NCBI GenBank assembly: GCA_964036045.1
Contig: OZ038378.1
Coordinates: forward strand, 86,800,001 to 86,864,000
DNA from: Eutreptiella sp. 'Long Island Sound 2002'
Taxonomy: Eukaryota > Protista > Euglenida
DNA length: 64,000 bases
Direction of reading: 5' to 3'
A program made the position numbers and the translations under genes. Below, piece after piece: positions 22,403 through 36,569 of this stretch; position 1 is the first letter of the stretch, and each line of letters starts with the position of its first letter. Under the pieces are notes generated by a model, which was given only the letters and a program-made list of their open reading frames with translations, made no database searches and had not been told where the DNA came from.

Positions 22403-25400
22403 ATTGAGCCAGGCCGGTAGGGCGTGTGAAGTGGTACATTGCTCCCAATGAAGGTGTTGGAGGGCGACAAAGTTATGTACACCACATAGGTAGTGAGGCA
22501 CTTCAGCTCAAAAAATAGGTTAGCATGAGTGGGTTCAAATATTGGTGAATTTGGACGAGTGGGAGCTGCAGCTCCCAAATTGAAGTTCTATGGTGAAATT
22601 AAACACGACTGTCCCATCCACCAGAGAAGTTATTGGAGGGGATCACATTGCCATTCAACACTCAGGGACCAGGCTCCGCATGGCTCAAGTGAGGGCAAGC
22701 ATCTGAATAGAGATTCAACAGGGAAAACCCAAGGAAAAGCTACTGCTGGCCGTGAGAAAGTTTGGTAGGCTTGATGAGAAGTTCCGTGTGGCGTGGACTG
22801 CACACCAACAGTTCGTTGTTATGACAAGATGATTTTTATGTTGCTTGTTTGCATCCTTGCTTTGTGCAAGGCACATTCTAAAAAATGGAAATTCTGGTGC
22901 AGCCGTTGCAAATATTCGAAGGCTGTATGGCGGAATAGATCAACAACTTTGAGAAAAACTCCGGGGTAGGTATTGATGCCTTAGGCATACTATGACAAGC
23001 CCAATGTTGCTGCCGTCGGTTGTTTTGGGACCTGCAAGTCCCAAATTGAAGCTAACCTGGGTTTTTGCACTGCAATAACAAACCCTTACACTATGCGGCC
23101 GTTGATTGTCCATGGTGACTTAATGGACGAAATTTCGCTGTACATGGGTGGAGAGAAGGCAAAGATCAGCGGGCAGCCTGCCAAGGCAACAATGCTCAAG
23201 CGCGACAGACTTGGGGAAATATTGCTGTCTCATTCAAATAATATATTGGTGCATGCATCCAAACATATGGTCATCTTCTTTGGGTGTTTGACCACCCCCC
23301 CCCCCCCCCCCGCCCACGCCTCCTATCCGGAGAAACAAGCGTCGGATTGCACCGTTACCGATTGTACCAACGGTGCCCTGTGTCATCAGTGAACATCCAC
23401 CGAAAGAAACACCTTCACAAGGTTCTTGCCAAGTTGCCAAGGGCATCCAATTTGATGCTAGGAAAGTGGACCTTGAGTATTGAAAACCCTATGCCTCGGT
23501 GGGAGACAGTGCTTACGGCTTGCTTGTGGGCAGATGAGGAGTCGGTAGACCTGCGCATCTCATTGGCGCAATCAGTCAAGGAGCCAGATGTTGCGTCATC
23601 CGATGGCGAGAGGGCAACAACGATTTCGTTAAACAAGCCTCATGATGGTGCAGATGGGCACACAGCCATGGTGGAGACGATTCCGGTGATTAGCGGCAAG
23701 GCAATTCTGTACGCATTTGCATTGAACGAGTACAACTCGTGTGTGTGCAACGGGCACCCAAATGCTCCCGAAAATGCAATGTTGAGCAATTTAAGAGCTG
23801 CAGTTCCCATCTGTCACAAATAATGCTTTTTGCACCAAGTCTTGATTGGCTCTATGAAAGAACAATTGCAAGACATCCACCATTTGTCCTCCAGATTGCC
23901 GTGAAGATGGCTCGTGTTGCAATTGGAGGAATACGAGCCGATGTGAAGTTTGTGGTGAACTAGTTACGTGATTCTAGGGAATGTGGGGGTTGGCAATATG
24001 TTGTAAGTGGTGAAGATCCAACGCCAAAAGGTTGAAGGTAGCGTGGTCAATGCTTTGGAGCACTTGGAAATCCTATCTTGCCCGATCCAAGAAATGGTTG
24101 AATTGATGTGGGCTGTTGGCCTTGATCTTGGGGACAACCTCAAAATGGACATTGTTTGGGAGATGGTTGACAATGCTTTCCTTCTTGCGTGCCAACCACG
24201 GGCGAAGACTAAAACTAGGCTCTTTTAGGGGGTGCTTTAGCACTTTTCATTTAGAAAGTGGAGCCCTTGAGGCAGCTAATGTGAGGAAAAAGTGACCAAA
24301 GAGAGCCGCAAAGGGTGTCGTTCTCATTCAAGTTCTTGGACGTATGTATGACACCCATCGCCTATCAAAACTGTTCAGGTTCTTGTTCACATTTTGCCGA
24401 AACCTAATTTACAACTATTCGTTTCATCCCCTCAAATTTGAGCTGAAACCTAACCCCTACAATGGAGTCCGGATTGTCCGAAACTCGGCTCCATTCAACA
24501 AGACACCCAAGAGAAGGACCAATCATGATTCTTGTAGTATTCCTCGAGCCAGGTGTACCGTACTACTGGTGCAATTAGCTCCAACAAGCCATAGTAAGTC
24601 ATATCCTGCAATGCCATGCATTGCACATGATAGCTCATGGCTATGGATGGTCACAAAGTAAAAAAGAGGCTTTGGAAATTCCCGTTTCCCAACTAATGAG
24701 GCTCAAAATGCCATGCGTATTCCCACATCTTTTAGGATGATTCAACATTGGGGTCTGTACAAACCATATATTGTACAATGTGCAAAGTAGCTGGAATGTG
24801 TGCATTGTGGTGTAGTTTGCAGCGGTGTCTTGTTTAGCATTTCACGTGAAGTGCACTGTGCCCAATGTGAGGTACATCGATTGGGCAATGTGCAAAGTGA
24901 GCAACTCGAAACGCCTTTTCAACTAGTTGTTTGAGTATCTCAATGGAAGTGCTGATGTTGAAGTAGCGTAAAAAAAATGTATGGGAATATGCATGTAGTT
25001 GTGAGCCTCATTTTGTTCACATTGCAATTTTAAAAGCCTCCTTTTTACATGGTGACCACCTAGAATGATCCACTACCACATCCTATGCAGCAGATGACAC
25101 GGTATCACTTACCATAAGGGCTAGACCATGAGGCGCGCAATAGAGCGGTCGATTGGTGCTGGAACTAGCCGTGCAAACACTACAAGCATCGTAATTTGTC
25201 GCCCTGATGAAGGCAATAGAATTTCCAACCGTCTTAACTCTGCTGTGGTGGTATGGTGGCGGCTCAGATCTGGGCCCACAAAACTAATGTCTATGAACTT
25301 GATTGATGCAAATCTTGAGCTAGAAGCTCAACGCTGCTAGCTGTCCCACAATTGCGAATCGTGGGAACACCATCACAGATGCCAAAAGCCACTCATTGCT

Positions 25401-26232
25401 TGGAAGTTCATATGCAAGATGCGATGCATGTGGTGGGTCCATACATAGGTCAATCGAGCGTAACAAGATGGACGTTCTCCAGGGCACTTTTTGGTCACTC
25501 TTTCTCCTAAATCGATGGGTCCCTCTATGGGAGGCACAAAGTAGCAGCAAATCCTTTGATGTGGTGGTTTGGTTCCGGCTCAAATGTGAGTGCAAAAAAG
25601 TCATGGTTGTGAATTTGGTTTTTGCAACATTTCGCCCAGAAGCTTAAAGATGTTGAAAACCTATGGCTTCGGCGGCCAAATTCCCACATTGGTAAAATGG
25701 CACAGCTCCCAAATGCTTACCACTTGAAATTGCTTGATAAAAGAGCACCCTCAAAAAATGCACCTTTGGCCTCTACAACATACCCCTCTAAAACAACATC
25801 TTTTGTCACAAACAGTCGATGGCACTGCTTGTTACCACAGATAGTAAAAATCCATGAACCATACTACTTTTTTGGAGCTGCAGCTTCCAAAGTGAGTAAA
25901 CACCAACGATGCATTCATATTGTAAGGCTGTTTTCAAATCCCTTATCAAAATACAACCTGAAAAATGAAGGAGGGATGTGGACGGGCAAACCCATGCAAA
26001 AAAGTGAGTTTCCATTTTTGCTCATCACGTGCTCATGCACGGAGCATAAGTGTGTTGTAGATGACATCACATGATACGCGCCAGCTCACTAAAGAGTCCT
26101 TGACTAATCCTACCCGGCGAACTGAAGCAGACATGAGCGCCTACACTAGCCATGCCGACGCTCCTACTGACAGGCATAAATAATGGCGACTCGATCATTT
26201 TGGGAGCTGCAGCTCCCAAAAATTGGTAAGCT

Positions 26233-26987
26233 ATGGTGATCAACTTCGATGAGATTGGTGTCATTCTTGTTCTTGCTTGCTCTCGCCATTTGGCTCCTAA
26301 AGGTACAAAGGATGTGTCATCTGTTGGCAAGAATGATCGGAGGCAATCGGCGAGCACTTCCGCCGCAAATGTCTTGTTGAAAAGCTTAGTCTCGAAGTCA
26401 TCTTCCAAGGAAAAATTGTACGGAGCTTGCCTGCCAACCGTGCTAATGCTTCTACTGCCAAACCAGAGTGGTCTGCGTCACACTGGTGCACGGAATCTAC
26501 TTTTAAAGAGTTGGTCCAATTTATGGTTGTCCCTTTCTTTGAGGGGGGTAGACAAGGTGAAGAGTATGCCATTGTTATTCTAGATTTGTACTCCGTACAT
26601 CGTGCACACTCATTCCGTGAATGGGTGAAAGCCCGGTGTGCTTGGATGATCGTATTGTTCGTTCCCGGTGTTATGACACCAATCCTTCAAGTGATGAATC
26701 TTATTGTGAATGTAGGTTCCAAAAAACATATCAATGCTGCTTTTGAGGTGTACTTACATGCTTTTGTCAAAGCACAACGGCAACAAGGTAAGGCTTGGAA
26801 GGATATCACCTTTGACCTTGGGAAGAAGGTCATCCGACAAGTTGTTTACCAATGGATGCCTGCGAAATGGGATTCTATCACTCTTGGTGTCATGAAGAAT
26901 GGTCGGAAGAGCAGTACACTCCTCCGTGCTTGGGACGTTGCATTCCAATGCATGGCTGTGGAGCTTGCAAGTCTTGGTACTCTATAG
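26233..26987 (+). pseudogene. pogo/Tigger-type (IS630-Tc1-mariner, DDE_1) transposase pseudogene
   Basis: NFDE...; after a frameshift, SASHWCTESTF, AIVILDLYSVH and LFVPGVMTPILQVMN (third catalytic D replaced by N). Confidence 0.82.
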
Positions 26988-29900
26988 ACAGACAACAAGG
27001 ACACAAAAGAGGTTATCCTTCCCCAGAACTTCGTTCCAAAGGGGTATCAACCCGAGGACAGCGATGTGCCCCATCCAGCCCGTTGTCCTCACTCTTCAAG
27101 TGAAGCACAAGTTGACAATTGTTTGGAAGACCTCGGGCAGTGGGAGCGAGAAGCTGCAGCAGCTCAGAAGGAGCTAGAAAGCTTCTAGTTGAAATTCCGC
27201 TTCTTTCAATTCTACTTCTGTTTCTTGAGGCCGCCGAAAACGCATGGCAACTAGGTTGCCCTGCTTGTTGGGTAAGGCTACTGCATGTGTTTATGGAGAG
27301 TAACTCTCCTCTAGTGAAGTGAATGCCATTCTTTGCGTTTGTGTCTTTCAGCAGCTCTGAGTGCTAAATTAGGAATATGTCCATTTCTTATGGTGACATC
27401 ATGCTAACCTAGGAGTATTGTCTGGGCTTGCCCCCTAAGGGCAAAATTAGGAATAGCGTCCACGTGCCATAATTAGGAATAACGCCTATGAATTAGGTGG
27501 GTGCAAAGTTTGAACAAGCTGAAAAGTGACAGGTAGCTATGGGTCCCACAAGTGCGGGTTATGGGAAATTTGTCAAGGGTGGCCAAAAACTGCTTGTCGT
27601 TTGATAATTTATTCTACATATGATGCATGTGGTGGGGCCATATACAGATACATTTCAAACGACCGAAATGAGAAACAGGGAGTGGTTGGTGCAGCGCGCG
27701 TGTGGCGCGGACGCGACGTGGACATTTTGCCACCCAGCCCGACCAAGCAACCCTCCTTACCACCAAGGGGTTTGCCGTGTGTAGGGGCCACTTGGACCCC
27801 CCGGCTTTTCCAAGCAAATGCACCATAACAGTGGCGTGGAGCACGGATGCTCCCCCAAAGTACTCTGTAGGGCACTCTTTGGTCTTTTTTTTCTCCGGAC
27901 TAGCCTCCTCAAGGGCTCAATTTTTAGCACCACAAGTGCCAAAATGCCCCCTAAAAGTGCCTAGTTTTTCAACACTCACTTACTTGTGCCAACTGTTGGA
28001 GTTGTATCTTGCTTTACGGGCCTTTGTGGTGATCAACATTAATCAAAAGGTACAACCACAACCCGTCAAGACCCTATCGGCCCCGTGGAGAGGCACACTT
28101 TGCGCATGCTAGATTTCGGTTCCCAAGGACCCAACATTGGGCAACCAGAGATTTTCAAAGGTTGTTTCTAGACCACATGGGTGCTCAAACAACTAGTTTT
28201 AGAACGTATAGGGTTGATTTTGTGCACTACACACTTTGCATTCTACACAATTTGGGCAGTGCAAAGCATCCCGTAAGAAAGTTTTTCAAAAGTTGTTTCT
28301 AGACAACTTGAGATACTCAAACCCTTGCATACCACACATTTTGCACGAAGCACTGCACCCCAAAACAAGTTTTGGAAAGTTGTTTCTGGACCACTTAAGA
28401 TAGCGAACCGACTAGTTTCAGGAGGTTTTGAGTTGCAAATTTTGCACACTACACACTGTAGGTACCACGCATTTGGCGCAATGTACCACGCCGTGAATAC
28501 TAAACAACTTGCACACCACACCACCTTGCACACAATATTGCATTTAATATTGTGCAATACCCTTTTGATGCACTTCACAACGTGCACTTTGCTAATTGCA
28601 GAATATGTGGTTTGTAAAGTGCAGAACGTTCAAGCATCCTAAAAGGTGTGGGATCCTTTTGCGATTGTGAACTCAAGGTTAGGATTTTGACGTCACCTTT
28701 TTTTTCATTTCACTATTCGCATTTTCCAATGTTTTGGGAGCATGTTGCATAGCAATAGCGAGGGCAATATTGCTATTACTATGCTAATAGGCAATGTTGC
28801 TAATACTAGGTAAAAGGGCTTGTTTGAGGATCCCAAAAGCATTGCGACCACTTTGGAATCACACATTTTTCAGGATTTTCCTACCCTTATATGGGCTTAA
28901 AATGGCCCTTCATTGCGGCTTTGTGTTCCTTGGAGAAGGCAAAGTGGGTTAAAAACCGCCACGAGTCCTTGTTTTAGCCTCCAAAGTGGTCTAGTGACTA
29001 CTCTACAAAGTGTACCAAGCTTCCCATGTTTGCTTGTGCAAGGTCGGATGTTTTCATTGAATCACACGGCAATGGAATGTTCCCCACTAATGTGTTCTTA
29101 GGCGTTGAAGACTAGTATGAGACCCCCGGCATTGGCACAATACGTTTTTTTCCATTCTATGGATGATTATTGTTTTCAGGAACGGTTGTAAGGAATTGGT
29201 GGCAGTCACAACAAGGGATGGAGCAAAGGGCTGGGTTCCTAATGTCCCCTAAGAGTACCTGCAGCCATCTAACCTCCATCTTCTTCTTGGGAAGTATGTT
29301 GGTGTAGAGACAAGGTTGATCAAGTCACACCCCTGTGCCTTTTTTTTTGCAAGAATTTGCCCTCTTGCTTTAGCTTGCCATGTCCCATCACCCTAATGAG
29401 CCCATGCTGCCCGGGTTCTTGAGGTTTTAATTGGCATGTTTGGCAGCATGCGGTCTCCAGGCCGTTGTTGGTAGGTGGCTATTATTGAGCATAGTGGTGT
29501 TCCCTGGGGCACACGGCCACCTATCGTGTTGCACTGGTTAGCATTGGTTCTTGGTGTGTGTGTGTAGCGCCTTGGTGGTCACTGTTGCCCCTTATTGAAG
29601 GCGGCATAGTCTCCGCTCACAAAAGGATGGGTCACGGGGAGTATTCATATGCTCACTGACTATGATTGAGCGTAGGCTCCCTAGGGCATTGACACTAGGG
29701 CAATTCTCACGTGACACGTGACACGTGGTCAACAAGGTAGTGATACCCCCATCACGTGCATGGACTCAACGGAAAGCATTGGAAACCGCCAATGTGACCA
29801 TTGGGGGGCACTCTTCTAGCAACACTGTAGGTTAGGGGATCAACTCATACACAAGAGCTGCATACCTGTGCATTGCGAAGGGTCCACAAGTATGTCTTCA

Positions 29901-32900
29901 TTACGAAGGGTCGTGGTGAGGAGGACACTAGTGCTGAGAGTAAAGGGCCCCTCAGTGTCCGTTTCAGCCCTACTCGGAATCATGTAGGTTATGCTTGGGT
30001 ATGAGGCCAACGTGCCAAAGCGGCATCGGCCCAAGGGATGGCCGGGGCGAACGGGGTGTGGTCTGGACTGCAAGGGCCATTCTATCCCGTGTAAGCACTG
30101 CTGGTAGAACCCCCTGTCCTTGCAAGAGTCAGCAAGGGCTCCCATTGACGCACAATCTCACCTTCCAGGGGGGGTAGAAAGAATGCACCGTTTGGGGGAG
30201 TACATGGAAATACCACCATTCAAGCCAAAAACGGGGAAAATTGAGGAAAACTGAAGCACAACGGAGCACCCCTCCTGAAGCTCTCAGCATGCTCCCGTCC
30301 GCTTCGGCCACCCATAGGAAGAAAGGGTAGTTGGCACCAATGTAGGAGTTCGGCTCTTAAGTTTGTGGTTCTTTTCAGATCGAGTCTCAGCTCTGGTTAG
30401 CAGCTGTGCCCTCTAGTCTTTGAGGCAATGTGTCTTTTCGTTGGTTTGATGCAGTGCAGCATGTGATGCCGTACGGCTGTGGTGGATTGGTGCTTAACTA
30501 GCAAAGAATGCAATGTGTGGTCATACTGCAACGTAATGACACACAGCAAGGCGCTAAGGTGGGGGGGGGGGGGGGCAGTGCACTTCTGTTGGCGTTGGGT
30601 GCTAGTGGTCAGATTTTCTAGTGGCAGGTTGGCAGGTGGCTGGGTTGTGAGTGCATAGTGGTCTGGTCTGGTAGTAATGTTTGCTGTGTTCTCTGGTTTT
30701 CCGGCAGGCATGATGGTGCACATGGCCTGAGCCTAATGAGGTATGCAACATGCAGACCCACCCAGTTGGCTAGATGCAGATGGAGGCCCACCTGTTGCGA
30801 GGGCCACTATCTTGGCCCACGATCCGTGGTAGTGGCTCTTGTACTTACGTTTGCTTCCCAAAATATTGGGTTATGTGTGATTGTGAGTCCAAGGAGTGCA
30901 GGGGCTTACACCAGAGGTGAATTTCGAACATCTGCATTTTCTTGCCCTGTGTGCATTCCTGGCTGCCCATCTTCCCTTTTTTGGGCGGACAGTCGTTCAC
31001 ACCCATACCGTCTTGTATAGACTGGGTTGAATCTGCCCCCCCCCCCCCCCTCCCCGCACCTTGTTCTTGAATTTGCCTGCGGGTCCCCATGGTTGTCTGT
31101 CAGTCACTGACTCGCTCACTCACTCGCTCACCCACTCACTCACTCACCAGTTCACGCCAGGAGTCAGTTTATCAGCCAGCCAGTGAGTGAGTCAGAAAAA
31201 GTTTCTCCCCGCCCATGGGCATTGCCCAATGGACATTGGCCCACTTGCACTGCCCCTTTGCTTGATGGTGTCTGTGGCCCATTGATACCAGTCCATCGCT
31301 GAAGAGTGTGATGGTCGCTGGTGGGTACCCTGAGGAGTGTAGAAGAATTTTGTGGCCATGCCTAAGCTTTCCAGTAAAGGGCCCTAGACTCACAATAGGC
31401 TCATGATAGCGTTCTCACTGGAGGTTCGCTGATATGAGATGTCTTCTGATCACACGTTGTGCTTGTGCAGCCCTTGAGGAGAAGGCCAGATCCGGCAGCG
31501 GCTCTGCTAATGGACAACAATCAGGATGATGTGGAGGTCATTGACCTGGAGGATGATGAAGGTATGCATATGGGTACCAGTTGTGGTACTCTCTGCACTG
31601 GACCCCTGTTGAACTGTGTCTACCTGACCTGGACCAGTCAGCCCCCGCTGACTGTCAGCACGACAGGGAGGGGAGACCCTCAGCAATTGGGCTTATGTAA
31701 ATACCCGGTGGGAGAGCACACCAGAAGACGGAGCCCAGAGGTACTTCTGGACGCTCTTGATGAAGTAATTGCAGGACCAGGACGAGAGCAGAAGAAGAGG
31801 GTACGAGTGGAATGGAGTGTTCAAGAGTGTGCAAGTCGCCTCGAAGGGATTTTTTACATCAAGCGCCATGTACCTCCCCCCCCCCCTCTTTTGGTGGTAT
31901 TCGCGGAGCACACTCCAATGTATGAAATCAGATTCGTGAACCCTTGTAAAATCATCATATGGGGGGACCATTTTGTCCCCCAATTGATTTTCTGACGTTT
32001 ACCCCCCAGCCCCCTGTACCTGGGAATCACTTGTGGAAGGGGGCTGGGAGGGTTCAAAATTTTGTTGCCTGCTACCATGCTGCCACTATGCGTGCTCCAG
32101 ACCCAAGTCCCAGAGAACTTTTTTCTTCTATGCCGACCCAGTAATCGATGGCATTGATGCTGGGTTCTCCCTCTAGGTATCCCAGACCGGCCATCCATGA
32201 GGCCCCACCGGTGAGGACTTAATTGTTATCAAGTTGGAATGGGTGGGCTGAAAAATCACCTAGCAGAGGTTGTTAGATCAAAGCAATGCAGGCCCGCAAC
32301 GATAGGAAAATGAAACATACCCCCCCCCCTTTATGGGCCTATCTGCATACCCCACCCCAAGGGGTTGAATTGTTGGTTTAACAACTCGTAAAATCATTCT
32401 TTTGTCCAATAACGCAACCCCCAATAAGTTTTTGGTTGCGATCGCCCTAGAAACCCCCCTCCCCAAGTTGTAAAATGATAATTTTGTCCAATAAATGCAC
32501 CCCCAATCAGTTTTTGGTTTGGACCCCCACCCTAGACCGCCCCCAATTTGAAATCTTTTTTTTGAGGCGGGGGGGGCGAGGACAGTCAAAAAATGTGGAA
32601 AAATGATTTCCCCCACTGTTTTTGGGTGGAATATCCGGAATGCCCCGTTTTTTAGGGATTTTGATCCGAAACAGTGTTTCAGGGTCTTGGCTCCATAGGG
32701 TTTGTGTGGGCAGAGTGGGATGAGTGCTTATGCAGGTTATGTAGTTTCCAAGAAAATGGTCATTTCGCCTCTTTCACACGGGCCATGGCCGGCCCTAGTG
32801 AAGGCTAGAGGGTGCAAAAACATTTTGTATCCTAGTAGGCATATGCTCTCAGAACATCTTGCAACAACATCCTGAGTTGCACCCCTCAGAGTGGGTACCA

Positions 32901-35494
32901 TGGAGCCACTTAGGTTGCCAAAAACGCCGAAATAGCAACAATGGCAACATTTTCCAGCACCTTTGACAATCATTGGGCCGTTGTTCATTGATCATTTGGT
33001 GACATAGGCCTTTTTGGGGGGAGCTCGTTGGCTCCCAAAAGTGGCATTTGGGCTTAATTTCACTACAATGGGCAAAAGTTTCCCAGTGACGGGCATCCCA
33101 AGTGCTATCTTGAGGTTTCGTAGATCGGCTTTCCTATGGGCCCCATTAGTGAGTGTACATCAACTACACATTTAGACAGCACCAGGAAATGAATACCAGC
33201 TAATCGCCAGAAGGAAGTATCCCAAAGCATCCAAAAGGCACCAAGTATTACCTTGAACCATCCGGCGAGTAGTAGCCAGCATGTGGGAAGTAATAGCTAC
33301 CCACCGAGTTGCACGCTCCGGCTTTTAACGGACCTTCCAATGTGGAGCCTTCTGCTTGGGTAATGGTTCTGTTACCCTGCACGCATGCACACAGGGCACA
33401 CATGGTGCGCGCGCCATGCACACACGGTGCGAAAACTCCTTTTGACACCCTAGTTGCACTCCAATTTTTTCTTCTTTATGACCCGTAAACGATGATGATA
33501 GTCCTTGGTGCTATCTAGAACTCTCCGGGATGGTTCCGCTTTTGGCCTTGGCGCTGAGGGCGTTTGCAAGGCAGTATGGCTTTTTTGAGAAATCACGACT
33601 CGTGGGTGACCTCCGGCGGCACAGATGTGTTCTTGGGAGTTGCGGGTTGGTCATTTGGCGACGATGGAATTACCTGTAAACCCATGGCGGGCCATGTTGA
33701 TGATGGATGTGATGGATGATTGCAAATCAGCCACTTGGGGGTGCATTGCTTGCTGCACATTTTGTGCGAGGTCGATTTGCCAAAGGGAATAGAATTTCGT
33801 CCAGTAACTGTGTCCCCCAACGGTTTTTGGTCTGGACCTTCCTAGTCCCCCCACCGACCCACAAAACCAGCTATTTAGGAGGAAAGGTAGAAAAATGTTC
33901 TTAAAATGAACCCCCTCTTTTTTATGGGTCCAACAACCGAATCATTTGATTTTACGCCAAAAAATGTGTCAGCGTCGTGATTTCATGGCAATCGGTACGG
34001 CGGAGTGACAAGAGCACTTAAGTGGTTTACGCAAGTTTTACTTGCATTTTGTTACTTTCGCGATCTTCAGATCGCCGTCGATGTGTAGTTTGGCTCTGTG
34101 TGTTGTGTGTGGCGGGCATGGTGCCATGACCTCCGTCGCTATAAATAGTTGTTTTTTCTTACTCTGCTTGAGCACGGTCCTGCCCAGAGTACACCTAGCA
34201 ATATCAAATGGACCATAACAGGCAAGAATGACCATACCGATTGCTTTCGACATTTTGTGTAAAAGGAGACGTTTGCAGCACCTTCATCGAAAGTGTCATC
34301 ATGTTGGACGTTGCTCGCAACAATGCCAATGTGGAAATGGCCTTAAGCATGGTGGGTCACAGACGTGGCATCTGGGAAAAAAACCCGCGGAGTTTTCCAA
34401 AACTCTTCTACGAGGACAAGCTCGCGCCAAAAACTTGAACAATTTTGACCGAAACTCACACATTGTTAAAATGACCCACGTTTCTTGGAGGCGAGTAGAT
34501 TGTCTTGCTCTTTGGAGGTAATTGAGGTCTTTGGAGGTCTTCGTCAAGAAACGGGGCTTCTCCGTGGATGGATCTGTAGGTCTGGTGAAGGCCATCGCGG
34601 CCTACATGGTGTTCGCAGGGGCAAAGTACGAGATTGAAGGCTAATCTTTCAAGTCGGCTCGTCAGCAGAATTGCACGAGCTGCGCCTGCTACTGCACGCT
34701 CAAAAGGATTCCACCGCCAAGCTGCAAGCAGACCTCCAGGCGGTGATAGCACAGGCGAACACTCCGTGATCTTGCCCTTCTCGGAGTATGTAAACACATT
34801 CTCCTGTTCTCCCATTTGTTGGCCCCACAACAACGCTGAGAATGACAACAGGGACAGGAAAATCCAATGTGGCTTGTTTTGCACCCCTCCAAGCCGTAGG
34901 CGCTCCGCTTTTGTTGACCAGGGAATGAGCCCAGCTTCCGCGCCGCCTTAAAGGTTACCGACTGGGTGAAGTCCTTCATCGGGGGTATGTGGGCTTTGAC
35001 CGCGACCAGCCTTGTTGCGTACAAAGGCGGGCATGGGCTAACGAAGAAAGATTGTGAAGGAATGGGAAGTTCCTCCCAAGATGATTAGCGGGAGTCAGGA
35101 CATGGCTTGCCGTCCATCTCACAGGGAGCCACGGGGGTTGCGGCTGAAGACGTCATGAGGAAGCGTCTCTAGGCCCTCGCAGACAAGTTCTCCCTGAAGG
35201 ACGGCAAGCGGGTTCATACATCACACAAAGGCGCACAACCTATGGATTTGTCCGAGGCGCCCATCACAGCCCGCCGCTCCTGCAAGAATGGGTCCCGAGG
35301 CGTGTTTTTTTGGATTTCCGGTGTTCTAGTGATATGGAGTGGGGTCGCCATGAGACGGGGACCTACAACCCCCGACCCTATGCTCGGCACATTTCGTCTC
35401 TGGCGGGGAGATCCAATGGAGATGGGTGTGGGGAGCATGGCAACACATGTAGAATTCTGAAACCGTCAATGGCATCCATGCACTTGCAACTCAA

Positions 35495-35905
35495 TGCTGG
35501 TCCAAGGGGACGATGGGCACGTATTGTACACATTACAAAAAATTCCACACGTGCTTTGCATGTCCCGCGAGGGGTCTTGAAAATGGATGTGCTGCTACCT
35601 GTGGTTCCTTTTGGGGCCGGGGACACTCTCATAGCTACCTGCAAGTGGCCGTGTCGGCCCTGTGGGCCGTTGACGACTTGGGATGGATCCCCCACACGGT
35701 TACGAAGAAAGTATGGCGATGCGGAAAGCAGCTGAAAGACTAGGACACCACGAGACCGTACGGAGAGTTGGAACATTCACGCCTCTTTGCACCAATATAT
35801 ACCACTGGCGAACCGTGGACGGTGTTCACGGAGGCGGCAATTTCCTACACATGCCTCCTACGTGTGGGAGAAGCAGCGTCGCTGCGACGGGGAGGTTCAC
35901 CTGAG
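35495..35905 (+). pseudogene. Tyrosine recombinase fragment (N-terminal domain plus Box I) of a second YR retroelement
   Basis: ORFs 35513-35743 and 35768-36040 share a frame separated by TAG; AISYTCLLRVGEAASL contains the LRxxE catalytic-Arg box. The sequence is truncated shortly afterwards. Confidence 0.72.
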
Positions 35906-36569
35906 ACCCCATTTCGTTGTAGCCTAGAAAGGCTAGAAGAGCTGGAACGAAAAAGGGTGGGGGTTACCGCGACCCATGAGCATAGGGGATCGGGTGGGGT
36001 TCATATCTCATTGTTTAGAAAAAACACGTCTTTGACTTGAAATTCAACAACAACAACACAAACTTGTTCAAGCGACGTTCCAGCAACCTTCTAGCGAGTT
36101 TGCAAGAACGTTGCTGGAACGTCGGTAGCACGCTGCTAGAACAAAAATATTTACATGTTTGGTAGGCAACGGACACCAATGTGGGAGGTGAGCGGCTTCC
36201 ATGGCACATACACACACAAAAACCAACAGATTTGGTACCTGTCTAGTCATATGTGCTGCCACACACACACACCCACACCCACAAGCACACACACTTTGAC
36301 ATAGGCACACGCAATATGGGGGTGCCCTGCCGTCAAGTCTTGGTTGGGAGGGGGGGTATTTTTGCTTTCGTCGCAGGTTTTTCACCCCGGGGGGGGGGGT
36401 TGAGAACTGCCTCGGGTGTTGGAGGGTGTTCTTTGTTTTATTTCACGGGTGTATTTTGTCATGCTATTAAAATACCATGAAACACATCTTTTTGGAAGTT
36501 GCAGCTCTGCCATGCTGTGATGTGCAGTGTTGTGTTGTGGTTTGCCGAAGGCGCTTTTACCAGGAGGCA

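Noticed and set aside
23284-23823. hAT-like transposase (ENPMPRWETV resembling TRW)
   Set aside because: A single weak motif with no supporting D, CxxH or E context.
28640-28880. Small MITE with CCT-AAAA-TGTG termini
   Set aside because: The inverted match is short and imperfect, with no TSD or second copy in the window.
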